Shown: positions 9,001 to 17,281 of the stretch, one piece after another
Layout: each line of letters begins with the position of its first letter
How positions within the stretch are numbered: position 1 is the stretch's first letter
DNA from: a virus
Lineage: Duplodnaviria > Caudoviricetes
Reading direction: 5' to 3' (one strand)
Length of the DNA stretch: 64,000 bases
IMG/VR virus record: IMGVR_UViG_3300020445_001720
Span: 1,064 to 65,063 of that record
Made by a program: the position numbers and the translations under genes
Notes under the pieces: generated by a model
Database searches by the model: none
The model's input: only the letters and a program-made list of their open reading frames with translations
Told to the model about the DNA's origin: nothing

Positions 9001-11293
9001 TAGTGTTTAATGCACTATAAATGCTATTGCCGTGTGTACTGTGAAGATACCAGTTACTTGCATCAGCATCCCACTGAACTGGATGTCCTACATCTCCTGA
9101 ACTCTTATCAGAAACTCTACTGGTTATTGTTAAATCATTTCCACCATATACTGTAACTGGTGAATCACTATCCGCAGATGCTTTAGAAGATGCTAATTTA
9201 ATTGTAGTAGAACTTTCCTTAATAACATAATAAAGTCTATGGGGAACTATATTTTCTGGAAGATCTCCATTACTACTAGTAATAACAACACTTTCTCCAG
9301 TTAGAAGATTATGTGTTCCTATAGTAAATATATTATCACTAGGTCCAGAAGTTACAGGGAACTCTTTGTATGCTATATTAACTCCAAGAGAAGTTGTTCC
9401 ACCACTAACATTATTATCTACCATGCAGATATTAGAAGTGAAGGTACCAATACCAACACCTAAATCTACAGAAATAACATCATCTCTTTTTGCACCAATT
9501 CTATAACCTTGTGTTAAGACTGGAGGAGCATCATCAAAATTATTAAACCCATAAAGATATAATTGACTTGAAATACCAACTGATGTAGTAAGACCAACAT
9601 CTAAAGATTGCCAATCAACATTCGTTTCTGATTCATCTATTGATCTTGGAGTTATAATAGATGTTATGTAAGATTTATTATCTTTATCAAACGCAGCTTT
9701 TCTAAATCCATCTGAAGCAAGAGAGAACTGTCCAAAGTTAGAGTTTGAGTTAGTAATAGAAGCATCACCACCACTAGCAGTCTCAAAATGCTTATTATAA
9801 CCAATAGCAAATACAGATACAATCTGCATAACAGCATCATTAGTTATCTTAATATGAGTAGTATCCCACCCACTACGATAAACAGCTTCAGAATCTAAAT
9901 GATATACCTTTGCGTTATCTAATGAAGATGAACCAGAAGATAATTCTGCTCCTGTCTTCTTACTTATAGATCTTCCTTCATAACTTCTTGTTGCTTCATT
10001 ATATTTTACAAATGCACGATCATCCTTTTGTAGTGATATACCAGTAAACTGGGCAACAACCATTGAACGGAAACCAGATGATTTTGCTCCATCTGCATGC
10101 ATACCATTCATACCAAATACAGATCTCAATGATATGTTAAAGATATAAGGAGAAGCACCAGAAACAGTATCAGTTTCAATTGTTACTACTGCACCACTAA
10201 CATCAGGTACAGTTAGTAAGTTTGGTTGAACATATGGTAAAAGATATGTAAATGTTTTACTATTAATTATACTTTGTACCGTAGTTGATATATTATAATC
10301 ATTTACGTTATCAGGTACACCAACACCATCAATTTTAATTGGCGTTCCTTCATTAAAACCATGATCCAATACAGTAGTAACTGTAATAACTGGTCCTGCT
10401 GTTCCACCACTACCAGATTCAATTCTTGCAATTGTTAATGGATCTGCAGCAAATGCACCTACAATTTCCCACTCTGGTCTCTGTTTTGCGAATGCATCTG
10501 GATCATCAGGATATTTCTCTGGAATATTTCTTATAGAACTGAACGCATTTGACAGTTTACTATAATACATGTCAAGGTCACTTATATCATAACCAGAAAC
10601 ATTGTTTACACCATCAGCATATTCAAAACAAGTTAATTTATGGTGAGAGAAAGTTGGTTTTGAACGATTAGTTGTTGAGAAATCTACTGGGTCAGTATAT
10701 ACAGTCTCTAATTCATTACCATCAAAGATTGAGAACTGCCAGAAATAAGATGTACCAGTAATTCTGAATATAGAAGATCCTGCAACATCTGTATCTGTTG
10801 GGTTTGGAATATATTTTGGTCTTATCTTTGTCTTTCTTAAATCTAATCCAACAAGTGATGTACCACGAGGAACAACTATACCACCATAAACACTATTAAA
10901 CTTATATAATTGGTTTTCTACCTGATTCAAATCAAAGTTTGAATCTAAATTTAAAGCAATTTCTTCAGAAGGTGGAGAGCTTGTACCAGAGGGAGAAGTA
11001 ACCCTTACACCTAAACTTGCATCATTAAAGATGGCAAAACCAGGTCTATTATCTACAAAATGCTCTCCTGGAAAAAGCAAGATTGTAGTTTGTTCTATTT
11101 TATCGTTATTATTTCCTTTAAGATATGAAAATCTAGCAGACTCTATTAATGCCCTTTGAATCGTTTTAAAAGGTTTAGCAAGAGAATTACCTTGGTTTTC
11201 AATACTATCTGTAGATTCAAGATCATTTGGATTGACATAAAGAGTCCTTCCGTCGGTATTCTTGATAAAATTATCTAATTTATTAAGCGGCAT
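6014..11293 (-). CDS. Large tail fibre/spike protein with C-terminal peptidase S74 intramolecular chaperone
   Basis: C-terminal SDRRLKDNI...GVIAQEL...VDYDKVVPLLVEAIKEL; beta-helix-like PFKTIQRAL and SITNSNSNFG segments. Confidence 0.85.
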   Translation of the reverse strand: MPLNKLDNFIKNTDGRTLYVNPNDLESTDSIENQGNSLAKPFKTIQRALIESARFSYLKGNNNDKIEQTTILLFPGEHFVDNRPGFAIFNDASLGVRVTSPSGTSSPPSEEIALNLDSNFDLNQVENQLYKFNSVYGGIVVPRGTSLVGLDLRKTKIRPKYIPNPTDTDVAGSSIFRITGTSYFWQFSIFDGNELETVYTDPVDFSTTNRSKPTFSHHKLTCFEYADGVNNVSGYDISDLDMYYSKLSNAFSSIRNIPEKYPDDPDAFAKQRPEWEIVGAFAADPLTIARIESGSGGTAGPVITVTTVLDHGFNEGTPIKIDGVGVPDNVNDYNISTTVQSIINSKTFTYLLPYVQPNLLTVPDVSGAVVTIETDTVSGASPYIFNISLRSVFGMNGMHADGAKSSGFRSMVVAQFTGISLQKDDRAFVKYNEATRSYEGRSISKKTGAELSSGSSSLDNAKVYHLDSEAVYRSGWDTTHIKITNDAVMQIVSVFAIGYNKHFETASGGDASITNSNSNFGQFSLASDGFRKAAFDKDNKSYITSIITPRSIDESETNVDWQSLDVGLTTSVGISSQLYLYGFNNFDDAPPVLTQGYRIGAKRDDVISVDLGVGIGTFTSNICMVDNNVSGGTTSLGVNIAYKEFPVTSGPSDNIFTIGTHNLLTGESVVITSSNGDLPENIVPHRLYYVIKESSTTIKLASSKASADSDSPVTVYGGNDLTITSRVSDKSSGDVGHPVQWDADASNWYLHSTHGNSIYSALNTNGVSALTQKTDNTFIVRTDDSRSLDEKLYKVRIVVPKDAENAKQPAETFIIQESSSTGFRNDADSSRVSIGATDHDFARNSRFISTCISGSAGVVTVTSEVPHELNTGNLVNIVNVRSTTNTGGLGNLGYNGRFAVTGIVNDHEFTYSSTDVDSTVHTPGVFNSDTSVRNLNLPRFQKNDTNKNYYVYRSEIISDYIKDVQDGVYHGYVLNANNALPVEFNNFKYSQNVTNLYPELDKDNVNDNPGPIKSFAKRAPIGEVVSNDLTKSVTRETLDSFVEDFGIGKKITGVTTVFTSVNAGVATVTLDREHGFSGVTTYSSFAGGSGYNEGTHYNVKLLNDGTTTWDGATAKVVVGTGGTITDVSFISRGSGYTDAEQLDFDTSVLGSGTGAGVTISSSGISTNIGDAIQITGIGTTGEGYYKIASIPSKNQVSIAITAGDTEIHSGQYLVNLGPSVHVTSVAGPVLGITTFTSSFAHGLTAGSKVEFKDSSNNKLGVFVINEKVGVTTFTVKTSDTLSSTSYLVPHGFDSNNAASDAVTENLATRGVSSYDNDKLFLHVPISDGNTIAVTDSSLCGIATLNQFPVGSYVQIDNEIMRISNSSFSGTNSNELNVIRGVFGTPKESHATGSIGRKIKPKAIELRRPSIIRASGHTFEYLGFGPGNYSTGLPQVQVRTLTDKESFLAQSQKKAAGVVVYTGMNSEGDFFIGNKKSSSATGQERTFDVPSPTVTGQEVGRLSVVFDEVLIKERLRVEGGKSGTVLSQFDGPVTFNKEVRLRNTGTITGVLKLDDVTQSTSRTTGALVIAGGMGISGKATFGDEIIVDTGIIPDVDKGAYIGKSDQAFEEAYIDGIRLGVGGTTTIDTRGGDLVVSAAIGSSVSISTVTTMTSDLNVEGDITAFYTSDRRLKDNIAPIDDPLAKVISISGNTYDWNDKSGKTGKDVGVIAQELEGVLPEAVTTRKSGYLAVDYDKVVPLLVEAIKELNAKVDSLEQRLNN

Positions 11294-11377
11294 TGTCGTA
11301 CAAGACCATGAGATTTCTATGTTTTATTTATGGTAGTAGGAGTTACCCTACTTTCATAATATAGTACCAAACCACTT

Positions 11378-11551
11378 TTAAAGGTCTGAATGTGTTTGCA
11401 TTTCAAACCACTCTTCTTCGGTTTCGGCTTGTTTTTTTAATATGGATGCTTTTCCATCAGCATCTACAATACCAATAAGTTCCCCATCTTTCGCTCTGCT
11501 GATCATTTCATACTTGTTGTTCTGAAACTCTTCAGATGTAATAATGTCCAT
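11378..11551 (-). CDS. 57-aa protein resembling Phd/YefM antitoxin N-terminal fold
   Basis: Below the ORF-track cutoff; MDIITSEEFQNNKYEMISRAKDGELIGIVDADGKASILKKQAETEEEWFEMQTHSDL, starting 5 nt after the stop of the upstream gene. Confidence 0.65.
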   Translation of the reverse strand: MDIITSEEFQNNKYEMISRAKDGELIGIVDADGKASILKKQAETEEEWFEMQTHSDL

Positions 11552-11556
11552 TTTGG

Positions 11557-11751
11557 TTACTTAAGTGATAAATCTGCGTATTCAATTTGGTCTGCCTTCA
11601 AATGTTCATTGCAGACTCTAAGTACATTCATAAATTCATCCGTAGTATCGCATTCTATTAATTTTTCATCTTCCTCACTACCAACCAATAAAAATGATTT
11701 GGCACAAAGGTCTATGATCACACGATCAACGAATTCACTAGGATCAATCAT
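11557..11751 (-). CDS. Hypothetical cyanophage protein
   Basis: 64-aa ORF directly downstream of a consensus sigma70 promoter. Confidence 0.75.
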   Translation of the reverse strand: MIDPSEFVDRVIIDLCAKSFLLVGSEEDEKLIECDTTDEFMNVLRVCNEHLKADQIEYADLSLK

Positions 11752-11773
11752 CCCTAACTTACAAAGTACTAAT

Positions 11774-11802
11774 ATTATATAGTACTATCAGATTCATGTC
11801 AA
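11774..11802 (-). promoter_or_regulatory. Consensus sigma70 promoter
   Basis: TTGACA (11797-11802)-17 nt-TATAAT (11774-11779). Confidence 0.85.
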
Positions 11803-11808
11803 TAGAAG

Positions 11809-12351
11809 TTACAACCCTAAGAGAGTTTTTAATTCTGCGGTTGTAAGACCAACATTCTCAAGTTTTTGTGCTGCAGTTAGAGTAGATGCAGTGGAAACAA
11901 TACTCCATGCATTAGTAACTCCTATTCCTGCATCAGCACCTCCAGATGCAGTATCCCATGCCAACGCAGTTTGACGTAATACTACAGGTGGAGTAAATGT
12001 AGTTACTCCTGCAGGAACTGGTCCCCATGGACTTGTAACAACTACAACTGATCCTATTGTTGCAGCATCGACAGAATAGTAATTTCCACTCCAATCTTTA
12101 ATTTGACTCCACGTTTGAGCACCTTCATCAAATACTCTAACTTTTCCAAGTTCTGCTTCAGGTGGAGCAACTGGAGTGGTCAATGCAGGTGCATTATAAT
12201 ACGTAGGATTATTTGGAGCAGATGCTTTCTCAAATGTCCCAAGATACTCTTTATTAGTCTCACCGTAACTATACAGTGGGCAAGTGTTTTCAGCATCTAC
12301 GGTAATAGTGCGTTCTACACCATCATAAGTTTTACAGGTTACGGTTGCCAT
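11809..12351 (-). CDS. Tail fibre assembly chaperone (Tfa-like)
   Basis: PALTTPVAPPE...VRVFDEGAQTWSQIKDWSG resembles lambda Tfa core; directly follows a tail-collar fibre gene. Confidence 0.7.
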   Translation of the reverse strand: MATVTCKTYDGVERTITVDAENTCPLYSYGETNKEYLGTFEKASAPNNPTYYNAPALTTPVAPPEAELGKVRVFDEGAQTWSQIKDWSGNYYSVDAATIGSVVVVTSPWGPVPAGVTTFTPPVVLRQTALAWDTASGGADAGIGVTNAWSIVSTASTLTAAQKLENVGLTTAELKTLLGL

Positions 12352-12392
12352 ATCCTTTTATAACAATTATCTAGAAGTTTGATTACACCTAT

Positions 12393-15032
12393 TTATGTTT
12401 TTATTATAGGCAAGAAATTAATATTTCGTGGTCTGGTCTCACTACCATTGTTTCCACCATTTGTAGCGTTTGGCGAACCACCTTCAACATTTCTTATGAA
12501 ACTGGAATCATCTGCAGCTGGTCTATCATTAGCACCACCACTCCAGTCGCTATTTCCAAGAGCATGAATTGGTATGTCATGAGTGTGAGTTTGGAATTGA
12601 TGGGATTGACTTGATGCAAATGCTCTACCACTATCTACACCTTTAGCATCATCATATCCTCTAATAAATTCTCCACGAAGATCGGGAACACTAAAGTTCT
12701 GTCCACTTCCTCCATATTGAAATCCAATCGCATTGTATAAATCTTGATGTTGCCCAATTCCTGGATTATTACTTATATTACCATATGATGCACCATCACA
12801 ATATAAGAATCCTGAAGGGGGAGTTGGATAACTTCCACTTCCTTTATCTCCAGCATACCATACAATACTACCTGTGACAACACCACCAACAGCACCAGTA
12901 CCCTGAATACCTTGTACTCCCTGAATACCTTGAATACCCTGTCCACCAACAACACCACTAATACCCTGATTACCCTGTAATCCTTGAATACCTTGAGATC
13001 CTGTAATTCCTTGTATACCTTGATTACCCTGACCAGTATTACCCTGAACACCTAAAACACCTTGTATTCCTTGAATACCCTGAATACCTTGAACACCTTG
13101 ATTACCATCTGGTCCTTGAAGACCTAAAAGACCCTGAATACCTTGTATACCTTGAGATCCTACACCATTATCTCCCTGAATACCTTGCGTTCCTTGTGGT
13201 CCTTGAATACCCTGAATACCTTGAGCACCCTCTTCACCAGTATTACCCTGAACACCCTGAATTCCTTGAATACCCTGCTCTCCTTGAATACCCTGAATAC
13301 CTTGAAATCCTTGAGTTCCCTGAACACCCTGAATACCTTGAACACCTTGTTGTCCTTGAGGACCTTCTCCACCCTGAACACCCTGAACACCCTGAGCACC
13401 AACACCCTGAATTCCTTGAATACCCTGTATACCTTGGTCACCTTGTGCACCAGTTGTACCTTGAACACCCTGTAGACCTTGATTACCCTGAATACCCTGA
13501 ACACCCTGAATACCTTGATAACCCTGTCTACCCTGTAAACCTTGTGTACCTTGTGCACCAGTTACACCTTGAATACCTTGAATACCTTGAGATGCTTGAT
13601 TACCTTGTGCACCAGAGATACCTTGTATACCTTGATTTCCCTGTATTCCTTGTCTACCTTGTCTACCTTGCCTACCCTGATTTCCTTGCCTACCTTGGCG
13701 ACCTTGGATACCTTGCTCTCCTTGAATGCCTTGATTACCCTGAACACCCTGAACACCCGAAGCACCTATTCCTTGTATACCCTGTACTCCTTGTATACCC
13801 TGTAAACCTTGTTCTCCAGTTGTTCCTTGTGCAGCTTGAGTTCCTTGTCTACCTTGGGTTCCTTGTTGTCCCTGAATACCCTGAAGACCTTGAAAAGTAG
13901 CATCTTCAATACTTATTGATCTGGTTGTATCTTGATCAGCATCATATATTAATAATAAATCATTAGCACCATCAGCACTTGAAGTTTGAACTTGTTCTGT
14001 TATTGCTTTTTTAGTTACTTTACCGTCAAAGACAGATGCAGTAGACATACCAGAAACAAATGATCCACCATCTACAGTTAGATTAGATGAGGAAACTGCA
14101 GAACCAACTACAACTCCAGTAGTAAAAGTTGATACTCCAGTAAAACTTGAAACACCTGTTACTGTTAAATTTTTTGTTTCAGTAGTTTCAGAGAACTTTG
14201 AATTACCAACAACTTCAAATATAACTTCTGGGGACTGGGTTCCTATTCCTATTCTATTATTTGTGTAATCATACCAAAAAACATCAGCACCACCAACAGT
14301 TCCTGATGCACTATGATATTGTATTTGGGATACTGTTCCCCCCGCACCAGAAGTAACTGCATTTGCAGTTTGCCATTGCATTCCTCCAGTAGCAGTTTTA
14401 ACTAAAAGTTCTCCAGTACTTCCTGTCCCATCTCCAGCATCAACTATAGCTCCACTAATTTTTACATTTCCTACAATATCTAAATCATACTTTGGTATAG
14501 CACTTCCAATACCAATATTGCCATTAGTTTTAGAAGATAATATGGTTCCACCAACACCAATTTGAAAAACATCTGTTGCAGTTACTATTCCTGAACTATT
14601 AACTAAAAGATATGGAGATGCATCAAAACTACCATCATCATTGAATATAATTTGACTAGCACTTCCTGGTGGAGATATCGTGATTGTGGATATAGATCCA
14701 AAATTATTTGCAGTTACATTTACAATATTACCAACAAAATCAAGTTTACTAATACTATTACCAGTACCAACTATCCCACCCTCATCAAAAATAGTTAAAC
14801 CAGTAGTTAATATACCTGAAGGAGCAACCTGCCAATAACGATCATATTGTCCACCATTTTCAACAGTAACTAACTGATAGTATTCATCTCTTATAGGAAG
14901 TGTTTTTTCTCCAACAAAACCTAAATTGGGTTCTGTCTCTTCGGGAGACAAATATACATGACGATCTGTACTTAAACCACTTAACGTAGAAAGTTTTCTT
15001 TTACCACTTAAAAATCTCGCCTTATTCGCCAT
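12393..15032 (-). CDS. Collagen-like tail fibre with C-terminal phage tail-collar domain
   Basis: Long (G-X-Q)n tract; GSIVWYAG..PSGFLYCDG..LYNAIG..YGG..FSVPDLRGEFIRG...HTH...ETRPRNI. Confidence 0.9.
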   Translation of the reverse strand: MANKARFLSGKRKLSTLSGLSTDRHVYLSPEETEPNLGFVGEKTLPIRDEYYQLVTVENGGQYDRYWQVAPSGILTTGLTIFDEGGIVGTGNSISKLDFVGNIVNVTANNFGSISTITISPPGSASQIIFNDDGSFDASPYLLVNSSGIVTATDVFQIGVGGTILSSKTNGNIGIGSAIPKYDLDIVGNVKISGAIVDAGDGTGSTGELLVKTATGGMQWQTANAVTSGAGGTVSQIQYHSASGTVGGADVFWYDYTNNRIGIGTQSPEVIFEVVGNSKFSETTETKNLTVTGVSSFTGVSTFTTGVVVGSAVSSSNLTVDGGSFVSGMSTASVFDGKVTKKAITEQVQTSSADGANDLLLIYDADQDTTRSISIEDATFQGLQGIQGQQGTQGRQGTQAAQGTTGEQGLQGIQGVQGIQGIGASGVQGVQGNQGIQGEQGIQGRQGRQGNQGRQGRQGRQGIQGNQGIQGISGAQGNQASQGIQGIQGVTGAQGTQGLQGRQGYQGIQGVQGIQGNQGLQGVQGTTGAQGDQGIQGIQGIQGVGAQGVQGVQGGEGPQGQQGVQGIQGVQGTQGFQGIQGIQGEQGIQGIQGVQGNTGEEGAQGIQGIQGPQGTQGIQGDNGVGSQGIQGIQGLLGLQGPDGNQGVQGIQGIQGIQGVLGVQGNTGQGNQGIQGITGSQGIQGLQGNQGISGVVGGQGIQGIQGVQGIQGTGAVGGVVTGSIVWYAGDKGSGSYPTPPSGFLYCDGASYGNISNNPGIGQHQDLYNAIGFQYGGSGQNFSVPDLRGEFIRGYDDAKGVDSGRAFASSQSHQFQTHTHDIPIHALGNSDWSGGANDRPAADDSSFIRNVEGGSPNATNGGNNGSETRPRNINFLPIIKT
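12901..13890 (-). repeat. 9-bp-period collagen-coding repeat (G-X-Q)
   Basis: Recurrent CCTTG/CCCTG every 9 nt on the + strand. Confidence 0.95.
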
Positions 15033-15033
15033 A

Positions 15034-17277
15034 TTATGTTGTACTATTTTCTAGGATACTTGCAAGAAATTCCATTTGTAATGGTGCGACTAATCCACCA
15101 GGCTGAGCACCAATTTGAAGGGTTACTGTATTTAATGTAGTAGCACCGACAGAAACAGAAGTATTATATGCAGGATCTATATTTGCTCTTGGATATAACT
15201 TAGTTGCTGTATTATTATCTTTATCGCAAGTAAACCCAAGAGATCCTGTTGCTATCTTAACATTCTTACCAACCATTAACTTATGAGATCCAAGAGTTAA
15301 TACTAAATCCCCATTTGCAGGATTATAGTCTGCATCAGTTGGTTTGTGATATACAAGACTTGAGATACCAACATTAACTGTTATAGTATCTGATGTCGTT
15401 GATACGATAGGAATAGAGGTATTATAATATGGATCAGTTGTTCTTGGATAAGAATGTTCCGAATTATGAGTATCCATATCACAAGTAAATACTAAAGAAT
15501 TAGCAGCAATCTTAATTGATTCTCCACCCTTCTTCATATCTCCAACAGCATCAACCCATGTATGAATATCTGTATTTGTAGAAGGAGTACCATTAGGTCC
15601 TAATACTTGAACTTCAAAAGTATCTGTAGTTACAACTTTGGATATGGGCAACCATCTATTATATGCGTAATCATTAACTCTTGGATATGCTTTTGTACTC
15701 TTAGTTCCGACAGACTGACCCACATTGATTGTAAATGCTGTTGTTGATGTAACAGTCACAGCAGTAGTTACTCCTGCAATAGGATCATCAGAACGAGGAT
15801 ATTCATGTTCAGTCGCATGACTATCTGCGTCGCAAGTAAATTTTATTGATTCATTATCAAGAGTAATTGTATCACTAGTTGACATTCCATGAGCAGAACC
15901 AAATGATAATGTAAGAAGACCTGTTGATGGAACATAAGTTGACCCATTTGGAGTCTTTTGATTTCCAGACTCTGCACCACTCTGAACATTAACTGCATTT
16001 GGTTGTGCCGATACGAATGTATGAATTCCGTTACCATAAGGACAATTAAACCTCAGAGATTCTGCATCAAATTTTACTCTCTCTCCTACAGAATATTCAT
16101 GATCAGCAATAGTAACAGTCATAATTCCTGTAACAGGACTGTATTGTGCACTTTGTACAGTTGTTGTTACCCCACTCTTCAGACTATGAGCACCAATATT
16201 AAGAGTTAACTGTCCTGTTGTTGGTGCATAAGATGCATTTGAAACATTGTAATTAACAATAGTTGAAACCCCTACATTTACAGTAAATGTATCATCTGTA
16301 AATGTTGTAATTCCTAAATTAAAAGCATTATATTTTGGATCACTTCTTCTTGGATATGCATGATCTGTTACACCACCATCCATAGTACACTGGAAGGTAA
16401 TACCATCAGTTTTAATTCCAACTGTGTTTGCATCTGTCAATCCATGAGATGATTTTGTAATTACTAAATTTCCCGTTGCTCCATCATAAGTAGCAGTTGT
16501 AGGGGTAACATTACCACCTCCCGTAACTTTAACAGCACCCGCAAGTGCACTTACGAATGTATGTGTATAATCTCCACCCTGAATTACTGAACCATCAGTC
16601 GCTCTAACAAACTTATGATCATACGCACCACCAGATATTATTGAGCTGGTTGCTGCACTTACAAAATTATGCACAGAGTTGCCAACATAAGTATGAGCAA
16701 TTCCAGCAGAACTTCCAATATTAGCAGAGAATGTTTTTGATATACCTACACCATTAACAATAGTATCAACAACATATGATTGTTGTGGATCTGGGAAGAA
16801 ACTAGTAGTAATACCAGACCCTGAAGGGCAGATAAACTCTAATCCAGATAAAGTTATTTCTTGTCCAACAGGAAAATTATGTGGTGTTAAAGTTGTAACT
16901 GTTACGATACCACTTGGTTCATCATATTCAGCACCTGTAACTGATACTATACCACTTTGTTTTGCATCAACATATATTTCATCTACTTTTATTGCATCCT
17001 TCTCTAATACTAAACGACCATCAATAAGAACAACTGCATCATTTGGTGGAACTTGTATATCTCTTATAACACGAGTATCTCTAAAATTACCTGTACTTCT
17101 TGAAGTTCTTCTATGCCAGAATGTTACTGCAGGATAAGATACTCCAATACCAACATTTGATACTTGAGCAAATAGAAGAATTGAGGAAACTCCCGTAGGA
17201 ACCTCATAAAGTTTCTGCGGACCTGGTGCTACAGGAACTGCAACTGTTAAAAACTTATTTACTGGTGCGACTGCCAT
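15034..17277 (-). CDS. Virion structural protein with internal Cys/His repeats
   Basis: Repeated A.Y.P.TG.L.LT...H....G..I.....FxC..D....HxYPR..DP units; termini match the 60385..60726 protein. Confidence 0.75.
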   Translation of the reverse strand: MAVAPVNKFLTVAVPVAPGPQKLYEVPTGVSSILLFAQVSNVGIGVSYPAVTFWHRRTSRSTGNFRDTRVIRDIQVPPNDAVVLIDGRLVLEKDAIKVDEIYVDAKQSGIVSVTGAEYDEPSGIVTVTTLTPHNFPVGQEITLSGLEFICPSGSGITTSFFPDPQQSYVVDTIVNGVGISKTFSANIGSSAGIAHTYVGNSVHNFVSAATSSIISGGAYDHKFVRATDGSVIQGGDYTHTFVSALAGAVKVTGGGNVTPTTATYDGATGNLVITKSSHGLTDANTVGIKTDGITFQCTMDGGVTDHAYPRRSDPKYNAFNLGITTFTDDTFTVNVGVSTIVNYNVSNASYAPTTGQLTLNIGAHSLKSGVTTTVQSAQYSPVTGIMTVTIADHEYSVGERVKFDAESLRFNCPYGNGIHTFVSAQPNAVNVQSGAESGNQKTPNGSTYVPSTGLLTLSFGSAHGMSTSDTITLDNESIKFTCDADSHATEHEYPRSDDPIAGVTTAVTVTSTTAFTINVGQSVGTKSTKAYPRVNDYAYNRWLPISKVVTTDTFEVQVLGPNGTPSTNTDIHTWVDAVGDMKKGGESIKIAANSLVFTCDMDTHNSEHSYPRTTDPYYNTSIPIVSTTSDTITVNVGISSLVYHKPTDADYNPANGDLVLTLGSHKLMVGKNVKIATGSLGFTCDKDNNTATKLYPRANIDPAYNTSVSVGATTLNTVTLQIGAQPGGLVAPLQMEFLASILENSTT

Positions 17278-17281
17278 ATTA

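Noticed and set aside
11329-11356. Hairpin GTAGG-GTAACT-CCTAC followed by TACCA on the minus strand, reminiscent of a tRNA 3' end
   Set aside because: No TTC T-loop, acceptor stem, D arm or anticodon arm; at most a small leader hairpin
13143-13900. Overlapping ORFs with LNT/PEY/FRV repeats in other frames
   Set aside because: Shadow frames of the 9-bp collagen repeat; no independent start signals seen
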